Assembly (NCBI RefSeq): GCF_020745735.1
Contig: NC_083421.1
Coordinates: 32,789,001 to 32,853,000 of the forward strand
Length of the DNA: 64,000 bases
From: Hemiscyllium ocellatum
Taxonomy: Eukaryota
Reading direction: 5' to 3'
Shown here: in pieces, positions 37,887-50,037 of the stretch
Layout: every line of letters begins with the position of its first letter
Numbering within the stretch: position 1 is the first letter of the stretch
Made by a program: the position numbers and the translations under genes
Notes under the pieces: model-generated
Seen by the model: only the letters and a program-made list of their open reading frames with translations
Databases searched by the model: none
What the model was told of the DNA's origin: nothing

Positions 37887-39672
37887 TATTATAGACCAGG
37901 CCAAGCCCCCTCAAGATATTTTAAGAAGGTAGCCTTACCTTAACTTTTTCTTATTTTAAAGGCAGATGTGAAGTGGATATTCCAGGTGTGATGCAGCTGG
38001 TCAAACCACTCAGCGTTAAGCAAAATAGAATTTATTTAAATGCTGCAGTTGAAACATGAACAAAAGAAAACAGAATTTAGAATAACTTAACTACTGGAAA
38101 ACTTAATCCATCCTATACAGCAACTTAACTAAGGAACTGTTCCAATCCAGCAACATCCCCTAAACCCACTCCTTTGGCAAAAAAGGTAAATTCAAACACA
38201 GATTCTTATATGCAAGAGGGAACAAGTTCCAAAGAGATTTCATGGAGAAATTCAGTCAGGAAACATTTGCTGAAGTTTGCAACCTTCCCTGGAATTCAAC
38301 ATCTTGTGACAGCCATGCTAAACCAAACGAGAAAAAACTTGGACTGGGAGAACAGGCCACTCCCCTGCAATTGTTAAACTAGGCTCTTTCTAAACCCCTC
38401 TGCATCTCTGCCTTTATGACTTATCCTAAAAAAACCCAAGGTCAAAATAACCTTGTTAAAATGACAGCACTATAAACTGTTTACTATAAACTGACCGACT
38501 CCCACAGCTACCTAGACTACACCTCCTCCCACCCTGCCCCCTGTAAAAACGCCATCTCGTATTCCCAATTCCTTCGTCTCTGCCGCATCTGCTCCCAGGA
38601 GGACCAGTTCCAATACCATATAACCCAGATGGCCTCCTTCTTCAAAGACCGCAATTTCCTCCCAGACGTGATCGACAATGCCCTCCACCGCATCTCCTCC
38701 ACTTCCCGCTCCTCCACCCTTGAGCCCTGCCCCTCCAATCACCACCAGGACAGAAGCCACTGGTCCTCACCTACCACCCCACTAACCTCCATATACATCA
38801 TATCATCCGTCGCCATTTCCACCACCTCCAAACAGACCCCACCACCAGGGATATATTTCCCTCCCCTCCCACATCAGCGTTCCGAAAAGACCACTCCCTC
38901 CATGACTCCCTCGTCAGGTCCACACCCCCCCACCAACCCAACCTCCACTCCTGGCACCTTCCCCTGCAACCGCAAGAAATGCAAAACTTGCACCCACACC
39001 TCCCCCCTTACTTCCCTCCAAGGCGCCAAGGGATCATTCCATATCCACCACAAGTTCACCTTAACCTCCACACACATCATTTACTGCATCCGCTGCACCC
39101 GATGTGGCCTCCTCTATATTGGGGAGACAAGCTGCCTACTTGTGGAACTTTCAGAGAAAACCACTGGGGCACCCGGACCAACCAACCCAACCACCCCATG
39201 GCTCAACACTTCAACTCCCCCTCCCACTCCACCAAGGACATGCAGGTCCTTGGACGCCTCCATCACCAGACCATAACAACACGACGGCTGGAGGAAGAGC
39301 GCCTCATCTTCTGCCTAGGAACCTTCCAACCACAAGGGATGAACTCAGATTTCTCCAGTTTCCTCATTTCCCCTCCCCCCACCTTGTCTCAGTCAGTTCC
39401 CTCGAACCTAGTACCGCCCTCCTAACCTGCAATCTTCTTCCTGACCTCTCTGCCCCCACCCCCACTCCGGCCTATCACCCTCACCTTGACCTCCTTCCAC
39501 CTATTGCATTTCCAACACCCCTCCCCCAAGTCCCTCCTCCCCACCTTTTATCTTAGCCTGCTGGACACACTCTCCTCATTCCTGAAGAAGGGCTCATGCC
39601 CGATTCTCCTGCTCCTTGGATGCTGCCTTACCTGCTGTGCTTTTCCAGCAACACATTTTCCGCACTATCACA
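37887..39672. mobile_element. Solo LTR (~600 bp) interrupted near one end by a PLE
   Basis: Begins tattatagaccaggcc (a TGTTAT-like start) and ends gcactatcaCA after the PLE; related ends at 24745 and 26530. Confidence 0.65.
38476..39661 (+). mobile_element. 5'-truncated Penelope-like element (Neptune-type): RT thumb, Cys linker, GIY-YIG endonuclease, 3' terminal repeat
   Basis: YKLTDSHSYLDYTSSHPAPCKNAISYSQFLRL; PCNRKKCKTC; IIYCIRCTRCGLLYIGET; HFNSPSH...EEERLIF.LGT.QP.GMN; frameshifted; TSD gcactat. Confidence 0.93.
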
Positions 39673-40320
39673 GTGCCAAGGACAGTACGCTCATTTTCCT
39701 CTCATATTAAACAGTACTTTAGCAATCTGTGAATGTATGTATTAGAGAATAAGTCGTTCTCGTTTCATTGATTTAATTGTATGTTATTGTCAACGTAATT
39801 GGCTGGTCTGGTTTACTTTGGACATTGTTCTTTTACTTTGAAGTAGCTGGAGCTTTGCACAGCTGGAGATGGGAACAGCTGTATACTGCCTGTGCAGTGC
39901 ATTATCTTGTGACGTGTCCTTGTTCTCCCATGTATTTGCTTGCCCTTTGAGTAAATTAAGATCATGGCTGCAATATCCTACAATAACACTTGTGAAAGCA
40001 GAAGATATATAAAGGGTCATCCTTCAATGGCTTAGGGAATTTTGATTAGAAATGTTTCTTTCTTGGGGATTGTATCATATTTACTTCGTCAGCATTGTGC
40101 TTGAACAAAGGCAATAGATTTTAGTTACAGATCAGGAGTTAGAGCTGTTATCTGGCTGCAACATGGTGATAATAGAATCAATATAGCATTGGCCTGAGCA
40201 TGGGCTGGCAGACACTTGACTGTTTAATCATTGATCATTATTAAAAGCCGTTACGCTTACGACTAAATTGTTTACACCGTGCTATGGATAGTTACTGTGC
40301 ATTCTCTTTCTCTCCCACAG

Positions 40321-40362
40321 TTGACGTAAATAGGAAAAATTTGCTGAGTAGCGATCTGCTTC
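40321..40362 (+). other. Candidate 42-nt phase-1/1 microexon of an unidentified host gene
   Basis: Strong acceptor ttctctttctctcccacag; possible donor gtcagt; single open frame (x)DVNRKNLLSSDLL; CpG-rich flanks. No protein match recognised. Confidence 0.3.
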
Positions 40363-40665
40363 GTCAGTAACCTATTCCCAATGGAAGCAGCTGAGCGATT
40401 GGCCCCAATAATTCGACAGAAGCTAAAAAGAAAAGGTCAAGCTGAAGGCAACTTGAATTCCAAAGAGCTTCAAATCACTATTTTCAGGATAGGTTAGGGT
40501 CTGTCCATGCCTTTCCCTATCCTCATGTATTTGCTTAAATCACCCATCTGTATTTGATGGGAAAGCTCATGTCTGAATAATGGAGCAGTAGATGGAAGCT
40601 CTAACCATAATGTGCTCCAACAAAAGAAGTAGACAAATTGCTGAGTGATGTCAATGTTAATGACA

Positions 40666-40967
40666 GATTAGATTACTTACAGTATGGAAACAGGCCCTCC
40701 CGCCCAACAAGTCCACACCGACCCGCAACCCACCCATACCCCTACATTTACCCCTTACCTAACACTACGGGCAATTTAGCATGGCCAATTCACCTGACCC
40801 GCACATCTTTGTGACTGTGGGAGGAAACCGGAGCACCCGGAGGAAACCCACGCAGACACGGGGAGAATGTGCAAACTCCACACAGTCAGTTGCCTGAGGC
40901 GGGAATTGAACCCAGGTCCCTGGCGCTGTGAGGCAGCAGTGCTAACCACTGTGCCACCGTGCCGCCC
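40666..40967 (-). mobile_element. Young HE1-type SINE
   Basis: Near-consensus copy. Confidence 0.95.
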
Positions 40968-41072
40968 TAAATTGAGGAGAAAGTGAGGACTGCAGATGCT
41001 GGAGATCAGAGCTGAAAATGTGTTGCTGGAAAAGCGCAGCAGGTCAGGCAGCATCCAAGGAACAGGAGATTC

Positions 41073-41100
41073 GACGTTTCGGGCATAAGCCCTTCTTCAG
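41073..41100 (-). ncRNA. Minimal hammerhead ribozyme motif (intact core)
   Basis: auuc-CUGAAGA-aGGGCuuauGCCC-GAAACGUC-gaau; stem I auuc/gaau, stem II GGGC/GCCC. Confidence 0.85.
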
Positions 41101-41174
41101 GAATGAGGAAAGTTTGTCCGGCAGGCTAAGATTAAAGGTAGGGAGGCCTCCTGCTGGACACACTTTCCTCAATC

Positions 41175-41202
41175 CTGAAGAAGGGCTTATGCCCGAAACG
41201 TC
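41175..41202 (+). ncRNA. Minimal hammerhead ribozyme motif (intact core)
   Basis: CUGAAGA-aGGGCuuauGCCC-GAAACGUC. Confidence 0.8.
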
Positions 41203-42004
41203 GAATCTCCTGTTCCTTGGATGCTGCCTGACCTGCTGCGCTTTTTCAGCAACACATTTTCAGCTGTAATCACAGATTGAGTTGATTTAAATAGCCAATC
41301 CAGAGATTTGGGAGGCAGCATCTTGTCATTTGGAATTTTGATTCTGTGCACTGGTCATATTGTAAAGCATGATGCCAACCCATGTATGTCATTCATGATC
41401 CAAATAAAGCTCTTGTTCTTGTTTTTAATTAATGGAAGTGGTGAAAAAAAAGTAACCAATGGAAGCTTTGTTCATAAGCCCACTTCTGTCTGTGTGGTCT
41501 GATTTTAATGAGAACTCCAGAGACTGTCAACCTTGGTTACGGCCACATTTTCAAGAAATTAGAGATCTGAACCAGCTCCTGAATCACAGCCCTATGAAAT
41601 ATTCACCAGGGGTCTGAGCATGCATGCCTTAAATAAATTACACCATGCCTATTGGCAAGCAACTATACAAGAGGGAAATAAGAATATGTAGGAAATGAAA
41701 TGCTGAAAACTGATCCCCAACTCCATTGAATTTACTTGGATAAGGCAGGTTGTTCTCACTGGGATTCAGGAAAGGCTTTAATTGTGTACCTACTTGAACT
41801 TTGCAGGTCATGACTTGCGTATGGATTTTGCATTTTCAGGAAAATTTCTGTTCTAATACCTGGGTGGAGCGCTAATGGCTGCAGGTCTCTCACTGTCAGG
41901 AGAAGTTTTTTGGTATAATCGATTTAGAATATCATACAAGATCCTATGGCACATAATGTATTTTGACTTTTTGTGCAATGTTTCCTCCAGTATATTTTGC
42001 TTAT

Positions 42005-45000
42005 TTTTCATTCCTGGGTAGGTGAGTCTTGCTGGCTGAGTCAGCACATTTTGCACATCTCTATTTAGATTGAGAAAGTGGTGGTGAGCTACCTTCTTGA
42101 ACCATAGCAGGTAAATCCACAGTACTGCTACAAAGGGAGGTTCCAAAACTTTGACCCAGGGACACTGATGGAATGGAGATATATTTTCAAGTCTGGATTG
42201 TAAGTGGTTTGGAGGTAACTTGCAGGTTGTGGTCTTCCCATGTATCTGTTGGCCTTGTTCTTCTAGATGGATGTGAGTTTGGAAACTGCTATCTAAGGAG
42301 CCCTGGGGAATTTCTGCACTGCGTCTTGTAGATGGTACAGGGTAAAAACAATGACTGCAGATGCTGGAAACCAGATTCTGGATTAGAGGTGCTGGAAGAG
42401 CACAGCAGTTCAGGCAGCATCCAAGGAGCAGGGAAATCGACGTTTTGGGCAAAAGCCCTTCATCAGGAATAAAGGCAGAGAGCCTGAAGAGTGGAGAGAT
42501 AAGCTAGAGGAGGGTGGGGGTCGGGAGAAAGTAGCATAGAGGACATTAGGTGAGTGGGGGAGGGGATGAAGGTGATAGGTCAGGGAGGAGGGTGGAGTGG
42601 ATAGGTGGAAAAGAAGATAGGCAGGTAGGACAAGTCATGGAGACAGTGCTGAGCTGGAAGTTTGGAACTAGGGTGAGGTGTGGGAAGGGGAAATGAGGAA
42701 ACAGTTGAAGTCCACATTGATGCCCTGGGGTTGAAATGTTTCGAGGCGGAAGATGAGGCGTTCTTCCTCCAGGCGTCTGGTGGTGAGGGAGCGGCGGTGA
42801 AGGAGACCCAGGTCCTCCTTGTCCTCGGCAGAGTGGGAGGGGGAGTTGAAATGTTGGGCCACGGGGTGGTGTGGTTGATTGGTGCGGGTTTCCCGGAGAT
42901 GTTCCCTAAAGCATCTGCTAGGAGGCGCCCAGTCTCCCCAATGTAGAGGAGACTGCATTGGGAGCAACGGATACAATAAATGATATTAGTGGATGTGCAG
43001 GTAAAACTTTGATGGATGTGGAAGGCTCCTTTAGGGCCTTGGATAGAGATGAGGGGGGAGGTGTGGGCTCAGGTTTTACAGTTCCTATGGTGGCTGGGGA
43101 AGGTGCCAGGATGGGAGGGTGGGTTCTGGGGGGTGGGGGGCATGTACCTGACCAGGTAGTCACGGAGGGAACGGTCTTTGCAGAAGGTGGAAATGGGTGG
43201 GGAGGGAAATATATCCCTGGTGGTGGGGTCTTTTTGGAGGTGGCAGAAATGTTGGCGGATGATTTGGTTTATGTGAAGGTTGGTAGGGTGGAAGGTGAGC
43301 ACCAGGGACGTTCTGTCCTCGTTACAGTTGGAGGGGTGGTGTCTGAGGGCGCACGTGCGGGATGTGGACGAGATGCATTGGAGGGCATCTTTAACCACGT
43401 GGGAAGGGAAATTGCGGTCTCGAAAGAAGGAGGCCATCTGGTGTGTTCTGTGGTGGGAGCAGATACGGCAGAGGCAGAGGAATTGGGAATATGGGATGGC
43501 ATTTTTCCAAGAGGTAGGGTGGGAAGAGGTGTAATCCAGGTAGCTGTGGGAGTGGGTGGGTTTGTAAAAAATGTCAGTGTCAAGTCTGTCGTCATTAATG
43601 GAGATGGAGAGGTCCAGGAAGGGGTGGGAGGTATCAGAGGTGGTCCAGGTAAATTTTAGGTCAGGGTGGAATGTGTTGGTAAAGTTGATGAATTGCTCAA
43701 CCTCCTTGCGGGAGTACGAGGTGGCGCCAATGCAGTCATCAATGTAGCGGAGGAAGAGGTGGGGAGTGGTGCCGGTGTAATTACGGAAGATTGACTGTTC
43801 TACATAACCAACAAAGAGACAGGTATAGTTGGGGCTCATACATGTGCCCATGGCTCGCCTTTGGTCTGGAGGAAGTGGAAGGATTCGCCTTCCACATCCA
43901 TCAAAGTTTTACCTGCACATCCATATCATTTATTGTATCCGTTGCTCCCGATGCAGTCTCCTCTAGATTGGGGAGACTGGGCGCCTCCTAGCAAAACACT
44001 TTAGGGAACGTCTCCGGGAAACCCGCACCAATCAACCACACAGCCCCATGGCCCAACATTTCAACTCCGCCTCCCACTCTGCCGAGGACATGGAGGTCCT
44101 GGGCCTCCTTCACTGCCATTCCCTCACCACCAGACGCCTGGAGGAAGAACGCCTCATCTTCCGCCTCGGAACACATCAACCCCAGGGCATCAATGTGGAC
44201 TTCAACAGTTTCCTCATTTCCCCTTCACCCACCTCACCCTAGTTCCAAACTTCCAGCTCAGCACTGACCCCAAAACTTGTCCGGACTTGTCCTACCTGCC
44301 TATGTCCTTTTCCACCTATCCACTCCACCCTCTCCTCCCTGACCTATCACCTTCATCCCCTCCCCCACTCACCTAATGTCCCCTATGCTACTTTCTCCCG
44401 ACCCCCACCCTCCTCTAGCTTATCTCTCCATGCTTCAGGCTCTCTGCCTTTATTCCTGCTGAAGGGCTTTTGCCCGACACGTCAATTTCGCTGCTCCTTA
44501 GATGCTGCCTGAAATGCTGTGCTCTTCCAGCACCACTAATCCAAAATTGTAGATGGTACACACTACTGCTACTGAGTGCCAATGATGTAGCAAGTGGATG
44601 CCAGGGAATGTGGTTCAGGTCAAGCAGACTGCTATTCCCTGAATGTTGCCAAGCCTCTTGAGTGTTGTTGGACCTGCACTCATTCAAGTAAGCACGATAT
44701 ATTCCTTTGCACTCCTGACTTGTATATAATGGACAGGCTTTGGAGAATCAGGAGTTGAGTTAAGCACTACAAGATTCCTAGCCCTAGAACTGCTGTTTAG
44801 GCCACAGTACTTAAATGAAAATAGTCCAGTTAAGTTTCTGGTCAAAGGCAACTTTCAGGATGTTTATAGTTAAAGATTCAGTCACGATAATACCTTGAAT
44901 GTCAAGGAATGATGGTTAGTTTCTCCGTTTGTTGGAGATAGTTATTGTCTGGCACTTGTATGGAATTTCATTTGTTGTTTGCAATGTATTTTGTTCCTTG

Positions 45001-45150
45001 ACCAACCTGGTCAGTAGTGGTGTGGCCAAGCCTGCCTTCCTGATGGACATTGATGTCGCTGACCCAGAATATAGTCTGTGCCTTGGTCAGTGCTTCCTTC
45101 CAGTGATGTTCAACACAGAGGAGTACTGATTCCTCCACTGAGGGACGATC
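42005..45150 (-). mobile_element. Second CR1/L2-group LINE, split by PLE 42340-44546
   Basis: Reverse complement of the 10400-11020 / 14710-15025 family; resumes after the TSD. Confidence 0.8.
42340..44546 (-). mobile_element. Penelope-like element with 5' inversion (main arm 42340-43887 minus; inverted arm 43888-44546 plus)
   Basis: ORF 43069..43851 has MGTCMSPNYTCLF, FLRYIDD, FYKPTHSHSYLDY; GIY-YIG region in both arms; both HHRs mutated; 14-bp TSD ttgtagatggtaca at 42326-42339 and 44547-44560. Confidence 0.95.
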
Positions 45151-46125
45151 AGTCAACAGGAAGTTTTGTCACCCATTTTTGAAGTGGAGCCAGAATGGGT
45201 CTGAAAACCAGAAAGAACAGATGTAGATTTGTCAAAGTTAGTGTCAAGGATGAGAAGCAACAGTACTAAGAGACTTAAGGTAAATGGAACTATTTCCTCT
45301 GAACTAGAGTTGGTGAAAAGGAGATTTAATAAATTGTCTTTACATATTGAATTAGAGGAAAACAATTTGCATCTTGTTAAAGGGTCATCAATTTAAACTG
45401 TCTCTAAGAATGATTAACGTGTTAAAGAGAAATTGCTAGAGAATTGAATGGTTTGCCAGAGGGTACATGTTTGTAACAAACAACATTGCACCTTTTAAAA
45501 GAAGAGTGAATAAATATTTCAAGCAGCAGATAATGCAGGGCTATGAAGAGAGAGCAAGAGAGTGGAATTTGATTTGGATTGTTCTGTCAAAAAGCTAACA
45601 GAGAAACATTGGATCAAATGTGCTCCTGCTGTGTTGTAACCTCGACAGTTAAATATAAGCAGTCAATTTACTACTTTTGTTTTATGTATCTGCTCTGTTT
45701 GCAGCAAATCATTTCAGCCCCTAGAAAGTAAGGAAAAAATGCTTATTCTTAAATATATTGCTGCTGGCTTCCTCTAAATAGGCTGGTGTCCTTCAAAAAT
45801 ATTTCTCGATTTGCCATTCAAGGAAACATTAACTTAGATTAAAAAGTATTTGACCACTCAGTGTGTGTAAAAATGCTGCAGCCAGATTTTGGGTGACAGC
45901 ACAGTAGGTGACATGGACTAGAACTTTGTGCGTGGACTGGCTGATTTTCCAATAGGTCTTTTGGGGAAAAATCGTGAGACTGTATCACTGACTGGATAAA
46001 TGTATAATTTGATTTTAATGTCTCCGTATATTTCTGAAGTACTGCATATTGGATTTTGTATGAGATAAGGCGTGTGCCTCGCTCAGTCATCTGGATGCTG
46101 GCAACTCGAAGAACTGGGAGTGCAG

Positions 46126-46424
46126 AACATAGGTTTAGGGTGAGGGGGGAAAGATATAAAAGAGACCTAAGGGGCAACTTGTTCACACCGAGGGTGGTAC
46201 GTGTATGGAATGAGCTGCCAGAGAAAGTGGTGGAGGCTGGTACAATTGCAACATTTAAGAGGCATTTGGATGGGTATATGAATAAGAAGGGTTTGGAGGG
46301 ATATGGGCCGGGTGCTGGCAGATGGGACTAGATTGGGTTGGGGTATCTGGTCGGCATGGACGGGTTGGACTGAAGGGTCTGTTTCCATGCTGTACATCTC
46401 TATGACTCTATGACTCTATGACTC
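46126..46424 (+). mobile_element. Young CR1 (HER1-like) 3' end
   Basis: WNELPEKVVEAGTIATFKRHLDGYM; tail (ctatgact)x3. Confidence 0.95.
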
Positions 46425-46699
46425 AAGTACCTGAAACAAGCTTCTGAAATGAAGAAGATAAAGTTTAGATCAAGTGTTTTTACCTCCATCTGTTGGTGTA
46501 TATTGCTCTCTAAGTTGATTGTTTTTGGTTGCTGTTGTGGATAACGTAACAGAAAGAGGGAGAAGTGGATATTCCTTTTGAATGACAAAGCTCAGAGGCT
46601 TGTGAGTGACAAACAAATGCAGGTGAAATAACCTGAGCGGTATTGTAACTATGCCAACGCTCCTCCTGGGCCTGTGTCTATCGACTCATCAGCATGTAT

Positions 46700-46890
46700 C
46701 TGGCTTCGCTCAGTTAACTAGACGACTGGTTTGCAATGCAAGGTAATGCTAACAGTAATTCTGCACCAGCTGATGTTGCCATGAGGTCAATTGAGGCATG
46801 ATGAACCACAGGCAAATCCACCATCAGTCATCTCTCTTTCTAATGAGAGAAAGCCCTATGGTTCTCTGGGACTATGGCAACTGTGACTTA
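46700..46890 (+). mobile_element. tRNA-derived SINE (third family)
   Basis: Matches the reverse complement of 14100-14320. Confidence 0.65.
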
Positions 46891-47251
46891 TTTGGGTACA
46901 TCAATGAAGATCTACCTTTGCCACTTATTCTTCATGAGACTGGCAGTACTTGACCAGACTTCTGTTGTATATAATGCTGTATATGCAACATCTCGACTTG
47001 AGACCACTTTCTTCATAGAAGGAAAAGCCCATTTCATGCACTTTTTAGAATCACAGAGTATTAAAGCATGGAAACAGGCCCTTTAGTCCAACCAGTCCAT
47101 ACCAACCATGTCCCCAAACTAAATTTGTCCTATTTGCCCATGTTGGGCCCATATTCCTCCAAACTGTTCCTATTCATGAACTTATCTAAATGTCTTGTAA
47201 ATGTTTTAACTGTGCCTGCAAACACCACTTTGCCTGGCAGTTCATTCCACA

Positions 47252-47488
47252 GTAAAAAATGAGGTCTGCAGATGCTGGAGATCACAGCTGAAAATGTGTT
47301 GCTGGTTAAAGCACAGCAGGTTAGGCAGCATCTCAGGAATAGGGAATTCGACGTTTCGAGCATAAGCCCTTCATCAGGAAGGGCTGATGAAGGCCTTTCC
47401 TGATGAAGGGCTTATGCTCGAAACGTCGAATTCCCTATTCCTGAGATGCTGCCTAACCTGCTGTGCTTTAACCAGCAACACATTTTCA
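47252..47488. mobile_element. Very young palindromic PLE mini-element with a perfect 94-bp inverted repeat and two intact HHRs
   Basis: 47287-47380 is the exact reverse complement of 47397-47490; HHRs at 47350-47377 (-) and 47400-47427 (+); TSD gcagttcattccaca at 47237-47251 and 47489-47503. Confidence 0.95.
47400..47427 (+). ncRNA. Minimal hammerhead ribozyme motif (intact; mirror copy at 47350-47377 minus)
   Basis: uuc-CUGAUGA-aGGGCuuauGCUC-GAAACGUC-gaa. Confidence 0.85.
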
Positions 47489-48239
47489 GCAGTTCATTCC
47501 ACACCCAAGTAAAAGAAATTGCCCCTCATGTCCTTTTTAAACCTTTCTCCTCTCACCTTAAAAAATGTTCTGAGTTTTGAACTGCCCCACCGTAGGGAAA
47601 AGACCCTTGTTATGCACCTTATCTATGCCCTTCATAATATTATAAATGTCAATAAGATCATCCCTCAACCTCTACACTCCAATGAAAAAGACTCCTGGCC
47701 TTTCCAGTCAATTTTTTGATCTTAAACTCTTCATTCCCAGCAACATTCTTCTCGATCTTTCCTGAACCCTCTCCAATTTAATAATATCTTTCCTATAACA
47801 TATTTTGTGGTCCACGTTTTATTTTTCAGGCTACACCAGCAAATATCTGTCATGTCATCACATGAGCCTCAACAGCAACCATTAATTTAGCAACCAATAG
47901 AACCATCACTGCTTATCCTACAGAAAATAGAGATCAGATGTAAAAGCAAGAATTGGACTACAAGGCCATAGGAAATAGGAACCAGACGTCATCCAAGGAC
48001 GAGGGTGATGTCCCAGTGAATGATGAGAAGCTTGCAGACCTGCTGTCTTCAGCGTCCGCCTCCCTCCATTCTCACCTTGGACCAACATCAAGAAATGATG
48101 ACCGCAATTCAACCCAATTAGTGTGAAAATAACTTGCTTAAAACTTGGGAGTGTGATAGTGGGAAACAGCCTGAATTGCTGTTCCTGAGCCAATTGTAAA
48201 TATCTAACCCTGTGTTGTTTCTAACTGGCACGGGGGAAT

Positions 48240-48670
48240 AGTGAAATCTGAGAGTACTAAATGGCAGATTGTTAAAATTTGGGATGCACGTGATTGAGGC
48301 TGTCAACAAGCATATTGGCATGGGGTTCATTTCGGAAAGCTTCAAATTAAAAAGCGGGGAATGTGTTCTGAAATTATGTAGAAATTTCCTTCAACATAAG
48401 TCTAGTGAAGATGTCTGGTCTCAACAGAATACAAAGTCACTAGAAATAGTGCTTAAGAGAGTTACTACAATTATACCACAACTGAGAGACTTTGCCAGTT
48501 TTTAAATAGCTTGGGGCTCTTTCTTCCTAAAGAAAAGTCCAGTTAAGATTTTTAAGACCATGTAATGACTTAATGGGGTGGGTGTAATGCACTTGTGAAT
48601 GAGATCAGAACCAGGCATCATAAATATTTTCTGAATAAGGGTCATTGGACCCAAAATATTGATGCTGCAT
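48240..48670 (+). mobile_element. Very old CR1 fragment
   Basis: LKL..N...LEIVLKRVT.IIP.LRD, a degenerate CR1 ORF2 C-terminus. Confidence 0.5.
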
Positions 48671-48879
48671 TGCCTGTGCCCACGAGATTGTTGAAAAGCA
48701 CCTGGATAAGGTTTAGCAATCTGACAATGCCCCTCACTGGCAATGTCACACTGCCACAGCGCCACACCACCCACAGCACTTAATGGCAGCGCTGACACTT
48801 TCTCACACACAAAGTCCTGTTCTTTCACCCTCATCACTCTTTAACCACAAGGCTATACATTTGACTTCTCCTTAGCTAT

Positions 48880-48978
48880 GTTTTCCTGCTCCTTGGATTC
48901 TGCCTGACCTGCTGTGCTTTTCCAGCACAATTCTAATCTAGACTCTGATTTTCAGCATCTGCAGTCCTCACTTTTGCC
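48880..48978 (+). mobile_element. PLE terminal fragment with tail (family A)
   Basis: cctgctccttggattctgcctgacctgctgtgcttttccagc...cagcatctgcagtcctcactt. Confidence 0.8.
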
Positions 48979-49329
48979 TAAGCACCCTCAAAGTCAGTGC
49001 TGCCCTGACTCCAGAATCTACTGTGGATCCACGTCTTATCAATGTACAATAGGGAAACATGGCATACAGGGAAGCAATTATACCAATACAAAACAGATGT
49101 GAGATCTCTTTTACAGGAAGGAAAAGGAAACAGAAATGAAGACAACAGAGGCTGAACATGCCCCTACCCAAAGCCAACCAGTTTTGGGCATCATGATCTA
49201 AAAATGTAATATACAACAAATGTTGCGGGGTCCCTTTCCTTCTGTTAGATAAAGGAATGATGTCCTGTTTTGCCTGTAGCAGCTACGCTCTGTCTTCAAC
49301 ATTGTCACCTTCTGCTTTCTTAATATTCT

Positions 49330-49990
49330 CATCCTTGTCCTCCTCCTTCTCCTTCTGGGAAGATGACTCCCATTTCCCTAATTCCTCAGCGTCCAATGTA
49401 TTGCCTCATGAATTGCTCTGATTGTGCAGAGCTCAGCATGACAGGATGATGCAGCATTCTCTGTTGTGCACCTCCCCCCATTCCATCACCACCACCTCCA
49501 CTATCTCAGTTTGCTGTTAACCAAGATGTCCACTGTCATCCCGCTTCTCATCTAGGACAGTTCAATACTGACAAGCATGACAAACAGCTTCTCTATCTGC
49601 ACAAAAGAGTCCTCTACAATAGCAGTAATGGCAGCCTTTAACTCTGGCTCAACCACCAACCTGCTAACAGGCGAGACACAGCAAGATAAGATGCAGATGT
49701 GTAGGTAGACAGTCAGTGAGTGAGTGCAAAGAGAAACAAGTGACTCGCCCAGAGGTGCAGCCTGGGAACTCTGTGAGTTGGGTCCCTATCCGTGTGCACA
49801 CAGTGTTCTTGGACCGCCCTTCTTGCACATGCCCTGCAATACAATTCTGCTCTTCATGAGCCATTGCATTGAACAGGAATCCTGGTGGTCTGTCAGATTC
49901 CAGAAGCCAGTGTTGGTTGGTAAAAGTTACATGCAGCTGATGCTTATGGATCATGCCTGAAATGTTATTACCCAGGGTCAAACATGGAGG
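49330..49990 (-). pseudogene. Harbinger (HARBI1-like) DDE transposase fossil
   Basis: Minus-strand frames give IAGHVQ (cf. IAGFPQVQG), EFPGC (RFPGS), IEKLF.ML (IE..IG.LK) and CIILSC*ALHN plus an acidic tail (IIVACC.LHN). Confidence 0.5.
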
Positions 49991-50037
49991 TCGTCTGGAG
50001 CAAGCAGCGATTGGATTTCGACAGGTACATACTTAGT

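Larger units (their letters stand above)
40975..41265. mobile_element. Palindromic PLE-terminus mini-element (family A) with two intact HHR cores
   Basis: Inverted arms ~41011-41125 and ~41150-41265; tail on the left arm only. Confidence 0.92.
47046..47800 (-). mobile_element. CR1 3' portion split by a PLE hairpin
   Basis: WNELPGKVVFAGTVKTFTRHLD; resumes after the 15-bp TSD. Confidence 0.88.

Noticed and set aside
42958-43659. 233-aa Gly/Val-rich + strand ORF
   Set aside because: Antisense shadow of the C-rich PLE RT ORF.
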